64,000 bases of DNA from Octopus bimaculoides (lineage: Eukaryota). The DNA is taken from NCBI RefSeq assembly GCF_001194135.2, contig NC_069003.1, positions 32,289,770 through 32,353,769 of the forward strand, in the 5' to 3' direction. Positions 13,108 to 25,304 of this stretch are shown here, one piece after another. The number at the start of each line of letters is the position of its first letter. Position 1 is the first letter of the stretch. The notes under the pieces are model-generated. The model made no database searches and was not told the origin of the DNA. It saw only the letters and a list, made by a program, of their open reading frames with translations. Made by a program: the position numbers and the translations under genes.

Positions 13108-13370
13108 ATGTCGGCTGTTACACTGCAGAAGTAAGCATAGTGTTGTCCATGTAAAACTATTGAATTGGCAATCTGTCTGATAAAATTATTTTTCATGTTT
13201 TTGCAAATAGTTTTCGCTTGCCACAAAGATACCAAAATGTCCATTTTGAGTGTCAAGGAGCTAATTGCATTTCTATTAGTAGCTTCCAGCATGACCCAAG
13301 AGTTATTGAAACAATTATGTCTGCCAAAAATAATACTTTTGAGAATGTTGGAAAGAAAAATTGGAAGTAA
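13108..13370 (+). CDS. Candidate spliced 60-aa micro-ORF or pair of coding exons (13108-13130 + 13211-13366/13370)
   Basis: ATG at 13108, AGAA|gtaagc donor, 80-nt intron, ttttcatgtttttgcaaatag acceptor; spliced frame MSAVTLQNFRLPQRYQNVHFECQGANCISISSFQHDPRVIETIMSAKNNTFENVGKKNWK*; no family recognised. Confidence 0.25.
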
Positions 13371-13728
13371 AAGGGAGTAGGTTTTAATTTGAAGACTTTA
13401 TTGTATTAGTAGAGGGCAATTTGTTTGTTGGCATACTATTTGGAGGAGGGAGACGCACAGACAAAGATATTTTTAATGTCAGTTCGGCTGATTCCCAATC
13501 ACCCTGATTGTATTGTTTGTTGTTAAAGAAGGTAAGGTAAAAGATTGTTCCTTCAACTCCCACTGTTTCTTTTTTTAGACATTATCTGACATCTATCAAA
13601 ATTAATAGAATAATCGTTTTGTTAGTGTTTGCATATTTAATCCAAATAGTTAACGCATAATACTTATGCTAACTACTAATAAATATGGTGAGAGATAACA
13701 TGATAGTGTTAACATATTTAATGTATTG

Positions 13729-14068
13729 CCACATTTTTTAGCATACAAGTTGATGTATATGGCGTAAACACCATCATTATTTTGCCAAATCCTGCTGCAT
13801 TTTACATGGATGTTCTGGTCCTCCGAAGTTGTCTTGGTGTATAAGTTGACCTAACTTTTTCAGTTACTCTCTTTACTCTTTTACTTGCGGCCATGCTGGA
13901 GCACCGCCTTTAGTTGAGCAAATCGACCCCAGGACTTATTCTTTGGAAGCCTAGTATTTATTCTATCGGTCTCTTTTTGCCGAACCACTAAGTTACGGGG
14001 ACATAAACACACCAGCATTGGTTGTCAAGCGATGGGGGGGGGGACAAACATAGACACACAAATACACA

Positions 14069-14105
<37 letters not shown>

Positions 14106-14275
14106 GATGGGCTTCTTTCAGTTTCCGTCTACCAAATCCACTCACAAGGCTTTGGTCGGCCCGAGGCTACAGTAGAAGACACTTGCCCAAGGTGCCACGC
14201 AGTGGGACTGAACCCGGAACCATGTGGTTGGTAAGCAAGGTCTGAAAAATTTGACTTGTATGTCTGAAAATGTGG
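13729..14275 (+). mobile_element. Tc2/pogo-like MITE (family D) split by a SINE insertion
   Basis: Left part ccacattttttagcatacaagttga...gtataagttgacctaacttttt (13729-13863); right part ggtctgaaaaatttgacttgtatgtctgaaaatgtgg+ta (14239-14277). Confidence 0.85.
13864..14238 (-). mobile_element. Young family G SINE, head truncated
   Basis: Near-identical to 31699-32108 but ends at gtaagcaa, lacking the A-box end; central (TA)n. Confidence 0.92.
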
Positions 14276-14700
14276 TAGTCAGTGTGAGCATATTTAATGT
14301 AGGGGACATTGAAAACTTAACCAGAAATTATGTGCTGAGACTAGTTAAGTTTGTGTCCACATATTTAATGCAAGGAGTATTAAAACACGATCTACAAATA
14401 ATTATATGTGGAGACATAAAGACAGACAGACAAACAGACAAACAGATAGTTACTGATGAAGGATTCATGTGAAACATTAAGATTTCTCTTGTTCCTCATG
14501 ACATGTTGTATTACTATTATCATTATTATTTATCATGGCTGGGTTCCAATCCTGGCCACAGCAACAAAGTCCACATGCCATACTTCTCAGTCCATCGTCA
14601 CTGCCTTAAGGTACTGGATACATTCCAGGCTAATGTCATACAATCAAGTTGTCACAAATTAAAGAAGGTTTGGAACTCCAAGTTGCTCTGGAAGTCAAAA

Positions 14701-14975
14701 TCAAGCTGTTTGGATACTGATCTGTGTGAAACCATCTCTGGTTTGGTTCTATGATACAAAACATCTGATTTTAAAATGTCCATATTGGAAATAAAAACCT
14801 TCCATCTTGATTTTAATATAAAATCTTCTCTGTTTAGTTATATTCCCAAACAACAATTTAATATTGAAAAAATTGGTTATTTTACTAGACCCCCTGTAAA
14901 TTCTTCATTATTTTCAAACTTACTTGAAACATAATCTGTGTAATTTCATTAATAATACAGTCATGGAAGGATTAA
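14701..14975. mobile_element. TTAA-flanked MITE, family A
   Basis: aaaaccttccatc...ttatattcccaaac...ttattttcaaa shared with 44142-44378 and (reversed) 58072-58290; ends ggaagga-ttaa. Confidence 0.7.
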
Positions 14976-15182
14976 CTCTTTTGCATTCAAATTATTCTGT
15001 CAAATGTAATGCTTATCTATTCACATTGTGAAAAGGCATATTGTAGCTTTGAGATTTTTAGCCATGTGATTCTTTATTTTCAGAATGTTAGTGAGATATG
15101 AGAGGCTGGATCTAGCTAGTTTGAACATAGAACAAGATAGAATATTTGGGCCAGATATGACTAGTTATAAGTCCAAATTTAA
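14972..15182. mobile_element. TTAA-flanked MITE, family B, sharing a TTAA with family A
   Basis: ttaa-ctcttttgcattcaaattattctgtcaaatgtaatgcttatc...gtagaatatttggg-like end, ttaa at 15179-15182. Confidence 0.75.
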
Positions 15183-15885
15183 TCCACTGCTCAGCACATT
15201 GGTCAAGTTTCTTATGCCATAGCTTTGGGCTGACATACGTCTTTTGAATGGACTTGGTAGGTAGGAACTATGTAGAAGTCCATCTCTATCTTAGTCTCTG
15301 ATATACATGTCTGTGTGCATATACTTGTTTATATATGCCATTGTATATTGGCAAAAGTTATAGACACTATTGAGAGAAACCAATGAGCTGGTGCTTTTGC
15401 ACAGAAGTCCCTTGTGTGATATATGTTCTTCTGAACTTACTCAAACAATGTTTTGTCACTTACTACTACCATAAATGCTGTGTGAACCAGTGATTGGCCT
15501 GCTGGAAACATGTAACCAACACTGTTATTTTTTTAATTAAATTTGATATAAAATAAATCACAAATCTTTTGATTTGATAATTTATGTAATTATGCAAGTG
15601 TAAATATGTTTTTAATCAATTACACACATTGATTTTGATTTTGTCTAGACTTTGAGAATAGATTTTTTTTTGCAGAAACAAAACAGTTTCATATTTAAAA
15701 TCTTGTCAAATCAACCCACCTTTTTGTTGTTGCTGTTTAGCTCTAGTTCAGTCCTAATTCAACAAGGCATTCCTTAGGATCAAAACCATTCTGTCTGTGA
15801 AAATTCTGCCTTGTTTTAGAAAATCTTTTTGGTGGTAGGGAACAGTATACTTCGGGCTACGTTATCCAATGTATTATTTACTGTC

Positions 15886-16640
15886 TTACTCTTTTACTTG
15901 TTTCGGTCATTTGACTGTGGCCATGCTGGAGCACTGCCTTTAGTCGAGAAAATCAACCCCAGGACTTATTCTTTGGAAGCCTAGTACTTATTCTATCGGT
16001 CTCTTTTTGCCGAACCGCTAAGTTACAGGGACGTAAACACACCAGCATCGGTTGTCAAGCGATGGTGGAGGGACAAACACAGACACACAAACACACATAC
16101 ATATATATNNNNNNNNNNNNNNNNNNNNNNNNNNNNNNNNNNNNNNNNNNNNNNNNNNNNNNNNNNNNNNNNNNNNNNNNNNNNNNNNNNNNNNNNNNNN
16201 NNNNNNNNNNNNNNNNNNNNNNNNNNNNNNNNNNNNNNNNNNNNNNNNNNNNNNNNNNNNNNNNNNNNNNNNNNNNNNNNNNNNNNNNNNNNNNNNNNNN
16301 NNNNNNNNNNNNNNNNNNNNNNNNNNNNNNNNNNNNNNNNNNNNNNNNNNNNNNNNNNNNNNNNNNNNNNNNNNNNNNNNNNNNNNNNNNNNNNNNNNNN
16401 NNNNNNNNNNNNNNNNNNNNNNNNNNNNNNNNNNNNNNNNNNNNNNNNNNNNNNNNNNNNNNNNNNNNNNNNNNNNNNNNNNNNNNNNNNNCCTCATCTT
16501 GAAAATTTGCTTCGCAATGAAAGCCGGTTAGAGAAATCTTTATTAAAATATGTTTCCAGTTTAGCATTCTGCCTTATTATTATTTTTCATTTTCCTATTA
16601 TTTCTCCACGTGCGGTTAACACAACCCCACTATTTACTGA

Positions 16641-16684
<44 letters not shown>

Positions 16685-16781
16685 TATGACGGGCTTCTTT
16701 CAGTTTCTGTCTACCAAATCCACTCACCTGGAACCATGTGGTTGGTAAGCAAGCTACTTACCACACAGCCACTCCTGCGCC
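15886..16781 (-). mobile_element. Young family G SINE with a gap and an insertion in its central (TA)n
   Basis: Tail 15886-16108 and head 16683-16781 (ending cacagccactcctgcgcc) match 31699-32108; N-gap 16109-16491 and foreign sequence 16492-16642 lie between. Confidence 0.85.
16492..16642 (+). mobile_element. Penelope-like 3' fragment with a variant hammerhead core
   Basis: TTGAAAA-tTTGC-TTC-GCAAt-GAAA-GCCGGT-TA-gag, then ATTAAA and a T-rich tail, inserted in (TA)n; 5' part hidden by the gap. Confidence 0.5.
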
Positions 16782-16883
16782 TGTAATTTGAGAAAAAAGT
16801 TGGTTACTATTTGTGGCAGGTTAAAGGACTGCATCCAGGATTCTTCTCTTAAAAATATTTTTTGTTGCTTTAACATGTCATGG

Positions 16884-17134
16884 TTGACCCTTTTATAATG
16901 GAAATCAAGATATATCCACTCAAAATTTCATTACCTTTAACTTTGGAAAGCAGTTTTATACTCCAGTTTATCTTTTGTTGATGAATGTTATGTTTGAAAC
17001 TATTTTCTGTTGAGATGTTCCAAGTTTGCTGATGTAATGTAACTTAGAGAAAATACTTATTCTATTTTTTTGGTAGATATTTAACGCCATTTCTGGAATA
17101 ACCCTGAAATTCAATTTCATAGTCAAAGGATTAA
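16884..17134. mobile_element. TTAA-flanked MITE, family C
   Basis: ttga-cccttttataa ... tcaaagga-ttaa; ctcaaaatttcattacc, gaatg..tgtttgaaactatt shared with 45715-45966 and (reversed) 55675-55878. Confidence 0.75.
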
Positions 17135-18739
17135 ATGGCGAGTTCCTTTATGTCCTATAACCGAAGTTGGTCCATTCAACACAGATAGTTAAAATGAGTA
17201 CGTGATTGAAATAAATCCTGGAGTTAATAGAATAAACTAAAACATTTGAAGCATGTGCTCCAGCATGATCGCAAACCAGTGGCTGAAACCAATAAAGGAA
17301 AACAAAAGAACATAAGTAGAAGAATCTTTTTATTACTTTGATAAGAGGAAAACAATGGAATTTTTAAGATGTTTTGCTGCTGGACAATTTTCTGGTTTGA
17401 TTAATTTCTTGTGTTTCTTAGGTTATCGAAAATATGTTTGTTGTGTCTGTAGTTTACTTTCTTACTGTATGAATATATTTTGGTGTTTTCTTTAAGCATG
17501 AATAATTTAATCCTTGAAATTTCTATCTAAACACACGAATAGCCAGAGGTAATAGAAACTTCCATTTGAACGTTGTCTTCTGTCATTTCATTTATGTGTA
17601 AATATTTTGATGGATCTCATTTCCATCTCGACTGGAAAATTTGAAAAGAGATTTCATTCAATATAAATCGTTTTACATTGAAGAAAACATTTGCATATTA
17701 CAGGCAAGTGAGGTTTCCTCCATGCAGTCAGTCGCTTGGCTTGTTAGAAATGTGTGTGTGTGTGCATGCACATGCTTGTGAATGTATATATATTTTGCCG
17801 AAGCACTGTAACAAAAGATGTAAATACTGATGAGAAAAGCCAATAAACTGGCTTTTTAAACAAAAATTCCCATTGCCATATTTGTTCTACCCAAGTTGAC
17901 CAGACAATCCCTTGTCATTCTTACCATCATAAATGCAATGAACAATTGATTAGCTTATTGGAAACCTATAACTGCCTCAAGTCACACAATCTATATCAGG
18001 TATAACCTTTAAAACAGAAGACATTATCCAAAAATGGGAAATATATTTAAAGATATACGAAGTGAATAAAAAAAATAAATAAAACTGGGATGGTCATAAC
18101 TTGAATGCTTTTGATCATTTACGTGGTCTAAACTGACTTGGAATTAAACAACAACAACAACATCCACATATTAAAATATTGTCAAGAAATATATTTTAAA
18201 GCAAAACTGATCCTTAAATTTACAGAGGAAAATATAAGGGTTTTGGTACTGTGGTGATAAAATGTACCCAATACATTTTATAGAGTAAGGGGTTGAGAGA
18301 TTATCAGTCATAGTCTTCACTTACAATATAAATGCATCCAGTACATTCTGAAAAGTGGTTGGTATTAGGAAGGGTGTCCTGCCATAGAAACTAAATTGGA
18401 AAATAAAATGTAGGAACGAGACGTGATCCTCCTACCCATCTGGGGAGTCAGTGTCTTATTCTAATGAACACTGACTTGGACTGTGATAACCCATCCTACC
18501 CATATCAGTATGGAAAGTAGGTGTGAAATGATGTTGATGGGGATGGTGGTGAAAGAGAAGGAGAGAGAGAGAGAGAGAATAAAATGCATTAACAAAAATG
18601 AAAAATAATTTAATAAAGTTAAAATAAATCACAATTTAGTATGCTACATTTATATAATATATGCATATATACACACACACACAACATGATTGTGTGTGTG
18701 TGTGTGCGTATATATATATATATATATGTGCATACGTAC

Positions 18740-18765
18740 ACATACACACAACATGATTGTGTGTG

Positions 18766-18805
<40 letters not shown>

Positions 18806-18831
18806 CGCACACAATCATATTGTGTGTATGT
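18740..18831. repeat. 92-bp near-perfect palindrome centred on (TA)n
   Basis: Base-by-base pairing about the (TA)15 centre shows only two non-Watson-Crick positions (18764/18807 and 18752/18819). Confidence 0.95.
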
Positions 18832-19455
18832 ATGATACATATATGCTACTTGCATGTGTGTGTGTGTATTTGTCGCACATATACATACGTACTGCATGCC
18901 GATTTATTTGAGTTGGAATTTTCTAATCGTAATTCTGCAATATTTTTTCTTCTAATTAACTTTCTGCCTAAACACATTTTTACACAAGACAAAGCAAATT
19001 TAAAAGCTAAACATAAACTTAGTTAATTGCTTTGACTAATAATGAATGAATAAATAAAACAGCTTATAATTTAATAATTAGGAAACAATAAAAGTAAAAC
19101 TTTAATCAATAATAACACCTTTTTACATTCGTCTTCCGATGATAATTGTTTATGTTTATGATTGAACTTTCTTCAACTTTCACTTTCACATTTTCTGCTT
19201 TCAAGCTTATAAGAATGTCTGTATAGCAAAGAAGTTCACTTTGTGACTTGGTGCTTACAGGTTTGATATCACCTATATTATCACCTTGGGCAAGTGTTGT
19301 CTGCCATAGTTTCTTGTTGGCCAGAGTGTGTAAGCAAAATTTGGTAGATGTAAATTGTACAGACGCCTATTAGAGGGACTGTGATGACTGTTAGTAGGTG
19401 TTAGATTTAATCCTTTGCTTGTTGGTTTTATAAACACACTACCACTTGGTCCTTG

Positions 19456-19490
<35 letters not shown>

Positions 19491-22400
19491 TCAAGAACAC
19501 CCACCCACCACAATAGAATTGATATCCTAAAACCAATGCACCACATAAAAAGTACTGATGATAGTGCCACATAAAAAGCACCCAATGCACTCTGTAAAGT
19601 GGTTGGCATTAGGAACAGCACCCAACTGTAGAAACCAAGTCAAAACAGACTATGGAGCCCGGTGTGGACCCTGGCCATCCAAGCCATGACAGCATGGAAA
19701 ACAGACTTTAAATGATGACTTTTATATATAAATTCTCACACATGCACATGTATATCGGTTATATCCAGTCCAGTTTTTGCCTAGCACTTATTTTTTTTAT
19801 CAACTTTTATTCATTGAACAGGCTGAGACTCATCTGGAGAGTTAGATATTTAGAGTTTTGTTTGTGAGTAGAGGAAAAGCAATAGTCAGAACATTGGCTG
19901 GGTCTCTAAGTCTGCTAGGGAAAATATCTTTAGAAATATCCAAAACTAGACTACATTGTCTCATTTAAGTCGATGAAATTTGATTTTGAAGGAAATTTGG
20001 CTACTATTTCTAGCAGTTCAAGTAACCATGTAGAGGTGTTTTGTTTGTTTGCATATCAGTGATTGTTGCTGTTTGGTGTTGAGTCAGTGCCAGCTAGGTA
20101 CATCTATGAGCAAAGGCAATCCAGCCATGCCACACATTCCTTCTCTTGGGCATAGTGTATCTAGAACATTATGTTCTTCTCTTCAAGACTGCAGGATGTA
20201 ATTTGAAGAAAATTTGGCTGCTGTTTCTAGCAGGTTGTGTGACTCTTGCGTGCATATCACTTATGGTTTTTAACTATGCTTGGACTTAAAAATTTTTGTT
20301 TTTAGCATAAATAAAACAAAAAGGAAAGAAATTTTTTTTTTTTCTTTTTAAAACAGCTTTTAGATTGATAGTTATAATTTGATCATTAATAAATTAAAGA
20401 AAATAACCTTGTTAATTCAGAACTCGTACTATTGCTAAATGCTTTCAAATGTTTTCTGTCTGGCAAATTGTGATTTCATTGATGGCAGCTTTAAAAACAT
20501 TTCAATATTTTAGAGTAATGCAACAAGCACAATGGAAGACAGTTAAACTTTGTCACTTATTTAGAATAAAATGAATATTTCTATTTTTTTTATTCTTTTA
20601 CTGGTTTAAATTTTTTTGGATTGTGGCCATGCTGGAGTACAGCCATAAGGATTTTTTTTTTTTTTTTAATATTTTGGATTTTCATAAATTTCTTCCAACC
20701 ACTTCATGTTTTACAAATTTTCACCAGATTATTTTCAAAAAAGAAAAAAATGTCATTCTGATGTAGCTTTGCATACTGATGACGAAAATTGCATTCATTG
20801 TTTTTTAGAAATTCTCCATAAAGAAGTTACAAGCATTTAAAGATGAGTTATTTTAGCCAATTGAAAGTGTCCATTGCCAATATATTGGAAGTTGCAACTG
20901 TCTCTTTTCATGGAAATCAACAAAGACAAAGCTAAGACAATATGGTTTTTACATGGTCTCTTGACTGACGGGAAATAACAGCCAAATGTTCCTTAAACTA
21001 CACTATAACTTCTAAAAAACAAAAAGGACAACATTATATAATGTAGTTGGGGGATTGAGTTCTTTTTTTATTCATAATCAGAGTACCAGTATAATATGGT
21101 CCTAAATTCATGGTGGCACTTGATATGCTTGTTACATGTAATCATAAATTGACACTCGTTTGGTTATGATGATACATCTGACCAATGGAACAACCTCCTC
21201 ATGAAATTAGCATGCACATGGTTGAGCACTCCCCAAACATGCATATCCTTAACTCAGCAGAATTTGAAAATTTGAATTGAGAATGTAAAGATGAGCAAAA
21301 TGTTGCTTAGCATTTCATCTGATACACTGGCTTATGATCAAAGTCAGTGCCCAAGATGGAACTCTCAGACCCTGGCATTCACAAAGTGAATTTCTTAACC
21401 ATTACCTGCATTCATGTACACAGAGCTTTAACTGACACTTGATAGATATAACTTTGAATTGATAACAAATTTATATATCAGCTCTAATGTGTTACAAATT
21501 GATAGCTGCACCAATTCATTTAATATTTATTGACGAAGACTGTCTAAGAAGCTATTCGGTTTGTACTTTCATATGCCATGAGTGTGTAGAAATAATATAT
21601 ATTGAATTATAGCAAGAACTCTTAGAAGAACGCTTAGCATCTTCCTAATAAAATTGATGGCATCGACTTAAGTCTTATCAAAACTGAAACTTTTATCTTT
21701 CAAAGCTGAAACGTTTCTATATTTGATTACTTAGATAGGCACAACATCAAAAAGTTAGGGAGCAGTTGATTATATTGACCCCAGTATTTGATTGGTGCTT
21801 TATTTTATTGATCTTAGAAGGATGAAAAATTAGTGTTGACCTCAACAGAATTTGAACTCAGATGGTAAAGGACTAGAACAAATACTGCAAGGCATTTTCA
21901 TCTGATACTTTAACAATTCTGTGTGGACATATTAGTTCACTTTGTGGGGTTGTTGGTCTTAGGAAGGGCCTCCAGTCATAAAAACCTTGCCAAAACGGAC
22001 AACAAAGTAGGGTACAGTCTTCTGCCTAGCCAGATCCTGTCAGACCATCCAACCCATGCCAGCACGGAAAAGAACGTTAAATGATGATAATGCTGATGAT
22101 GATGGATCCACTTTTCTTTGAATAACTTCATCACCATTGAATGTCTGTCTTCCATACTGGCGTGGGTTGGATGACTTGACAATTCTCAATGAGCCATGAC
22201 GTGCTCCAGTGTCTGTATTGGCAAATCTTTTCTACAGATGGATGCCCTTCCTAATGCCAGCCACTTTACAGAGTGTTCTGGATATTTTTTTTTGTTTGTT
22301 TTGTGACACTGGCACTAGTGAGGTCACCAAGTAACCTTCAAGAAAAATACAAAAACGAAAACCCCTCAACTGAATGTGTGGTTGTGGTGGCGGAGTGTTG

Positions 22401-23074
22401 TAGAGAAGGAGGGGCTTTATGCCAGGTGTTGAGAAGCAAGTAGTCTTATACCTAACAAAGACAGAATGGCCATGGCTGGAATGTTTTCAGTTATAGGTCT
22501 ACTTGATCAGAAGTGAGAACAATGATCTCAGTAGTCAGAGATGAGAACAATATCAGTTGATGTATATGAGAATGTAATGATGTTCTCATTACAAGTGTAG
22601 CTGTAGATAAATAGATTTTCAATAGATTCCCTCAATAGCCATTAATTAAGTGTGCTTAATTCAACAAGTCAAAGTTAGAACTTGTAAAATATTGACACTT
22701 ATCATGGTTCCAGTGAATATCATATATATGTTATTGGTTTCTGCTCTTGGACTGCAGCTTTGTTGGGGTGGTGTCTTGAAGGGTTATAGCCAATTTTATC
22801 AATGCCAGTACTTTGTTTGATACTTGCTTTACCAATCTCAACAGAGCACCATTTTCATCTGCCAAATTTCACTCACAAGCTTTGTTTGACCAGAGGTTGT
22901 GGTGTAAGACAAGTACTTAAAGGAGAAATGTGTACTATGAATTCATAGGAACCACCTGGTTGTGAAACAATGTAATTGTACAACCATGTGCATGTGTGTA
23001 TATATGTGGCTGTTCATCACAGATGTACATGATTTTTGTCCTTATCAAAAATATACAGCATTCTGTTGTATTAC

Positions 23075-23113
<39 letters not shown>

Positions 23114-23172
23114 AATGCCTCATGCTTAGAGGGACTCCATAAGTCAAAACTACCCAAATAAGCACAAACTTT

Positions 23173-23206
<34 letters not shown>

Positions 23207-24665
23207 TATATATATATATATACACACATACACATGCATACATGTGTATGTGTACATTCATACACACACATGTATTTGTGTATTGAATTTTATATATGCA
23301 TGTGAACATACACACATGTGAAACCTTGTATTTCTATTAAAATAAATTCTGCAGATTTAGAAAATTCAGTTTCTGTCCAAGACAAAATTATCCAACACTA
23401 GAGAAATATCTAGAAGTTGTCTATGAATATAAATAGTTAAAAGCAAAGGGAGAAGAAGGCTAAGCTTGCTTAAAGAAGGGTGATGTATATATGTATATAT
23501 ATATAATGCACAATATGATCCATATATAGTGAGTGGAAAAAAAAATCCATAAGCATTGAATACATTAAATTATGTAGGAAGCAATAATTTGAATAGGCTG
23601 TTATTTTCAGATGAAAATTTTGCAAGACTGAGTTTAGTAAAAGTGAATAGTGTTGTAGTTTATATTTATAATGTTAAAAGATAGATATTGAAATGTAAGT
23701 TAAATCTATTTAAGACATTTAGTTAAATATCAAAATTTTTGAGACAAGCATGAAGAAAGAAGAAGAAATGAATGAATATATAAATTAATTAGTTAATAAG
23801 TGAATTCAATTAATAATGGTATTTATCTATCACTGCTTAAGTAAATTACGAGTTGGTTTTGTGTGGTTTGGCTAAGATACTTATTTAATGGTTAGATTAA
23901 AATGAATTGAAATTGAATTAAATCTCATGTAGAGACAAAGAGTGAAGAATGTTATGCAATACTACCACAATGGAAGAATCAGTTCCTGGGAGACATGACT
24001 TAGAAATAACTTTGAATAATAACATGTATAACAAGATTTTTGTGAGTTTGTTGAGTGAGGGAATAATTGTGGCTAGCTAAATGTATAAGATGATTCAAGC
24101 ATTCTAAAAGTGGCTTAATGGTTGATTATCAAAAAGAACAACAGGTAAAAGTAGAAAAAGTGAAATGAATACTTTAAATTAAAGAGGAGCTGTTCTGAAA
24201 AAAAAAAAAAAAAGGTTTACAGATTTTTAAAGAATTCAGGTTAATCAATAAATAAAAATGCAAGTGGAAAAATAAAGAAATATCTTTAAAAAAAATAAAA
24301 AAAACTTGGGCAAGACGTTTAAATTATGGAAGCACACACATGCAAAAAGAAGAAAACAAAACAAAACAAGGACAAGATAATGTTGGAAGATCTATTGTAA
24401 ATAAGTGTGTAAATGGATTGAGGTAAAGAAGGAAAGAATGTAAATAATAATATTAATAATAATAATATTAATAATACCCATGCATTTTATTTATATATTT
24501 TTTTTTCACCTAACTTCATTTCATTTTGAAAATGAACAATTTGGTGTGTTTAGTTAAATGGCCTATCAATGTACAGAGTTAGTTTCTTTGCCCTAGGAGT
24601 TGGGAAGACACTCAGCAAGGAATGGAAACAAAATTGAAAGAACAAAAACTGATACTACTACTACT

Positions 24666-24667
24666 AC

Positions 24668-24710
<43 letters not shown>

Positions 24711-25054
24711 TTCCAATTTTGGCACAAAACCAGCAGTTTTGAGGGTTGGGGTAAGTTGATTAAATTGGTAATCAACTGATATTTATTTTATTGACCCCCT
24801 TAAAGGATGAAAGGCAAAATTGACCATCATCACTGCCACCTCTACCTCTATTCCAACTACAGCTCATACTATTACTATCACCCCACTACCATCAGTGTTC
24901 AGTATGCTGGTTCAGTGTTCAGTTCCCCTTTCTATCACATACCCACTCTTTCTCTCTCTCTTATTATTACTCCCACTTCCACCATCAACACTACTACTTT
25001 TAATAAAACATCATCAGCTCTCTAAATTTTTTTGTCTCTCTTTCTCTCACTCAC

Positions 25055-25142
<88 letters not shown>
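24666..25142. repeat. (TAA)n and long (TC)n microsatellites
   Basis: Direct reading; similar pure tracts at 29633-29709 (CA), 38263-38350 (ATT/AGT), 47760-47846 (ATT), 48371-48450 (ATC), 53537-53591 (TA), 63513-63622 (TC). Confidence 0.95.
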
Positions 25143-25149
<7 letters not shown>

Positions 25150-25304
25150 TTACCACTGCCTACTTTTACTCTCACCACAGCACAAGGAATAATAGAAGTG
25201 TCATTGAATAGTGAGAAAGGGAGTCAAAGTGTGATACACTGACACACAGAAATTAGTTTTCGCATTTATTATATTAGATATATATATATATATTTGTACT
25301 GTGG

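Noticed and set aside
12697-13180. Cluster of overlapping 80-124 aa ORFs (CVYM/HTHI-rich), and similar ones at 1466-1941, 18619-19026, 36325-36681, 62991-63457
   Set aside because: Translations of TG/TA/CA microsatellites, which lack stop codons in several frames.
17827-17861. CTGATGA followed by a perfect 7-bp hairpin (AAAAGCC/GGCTTTT) and AAAC
   Set aside because: G12 of GAAA is missing and no stem I/III or NUH triplet can be formed in type I or III topology; at most a very decayed hammerhead half.
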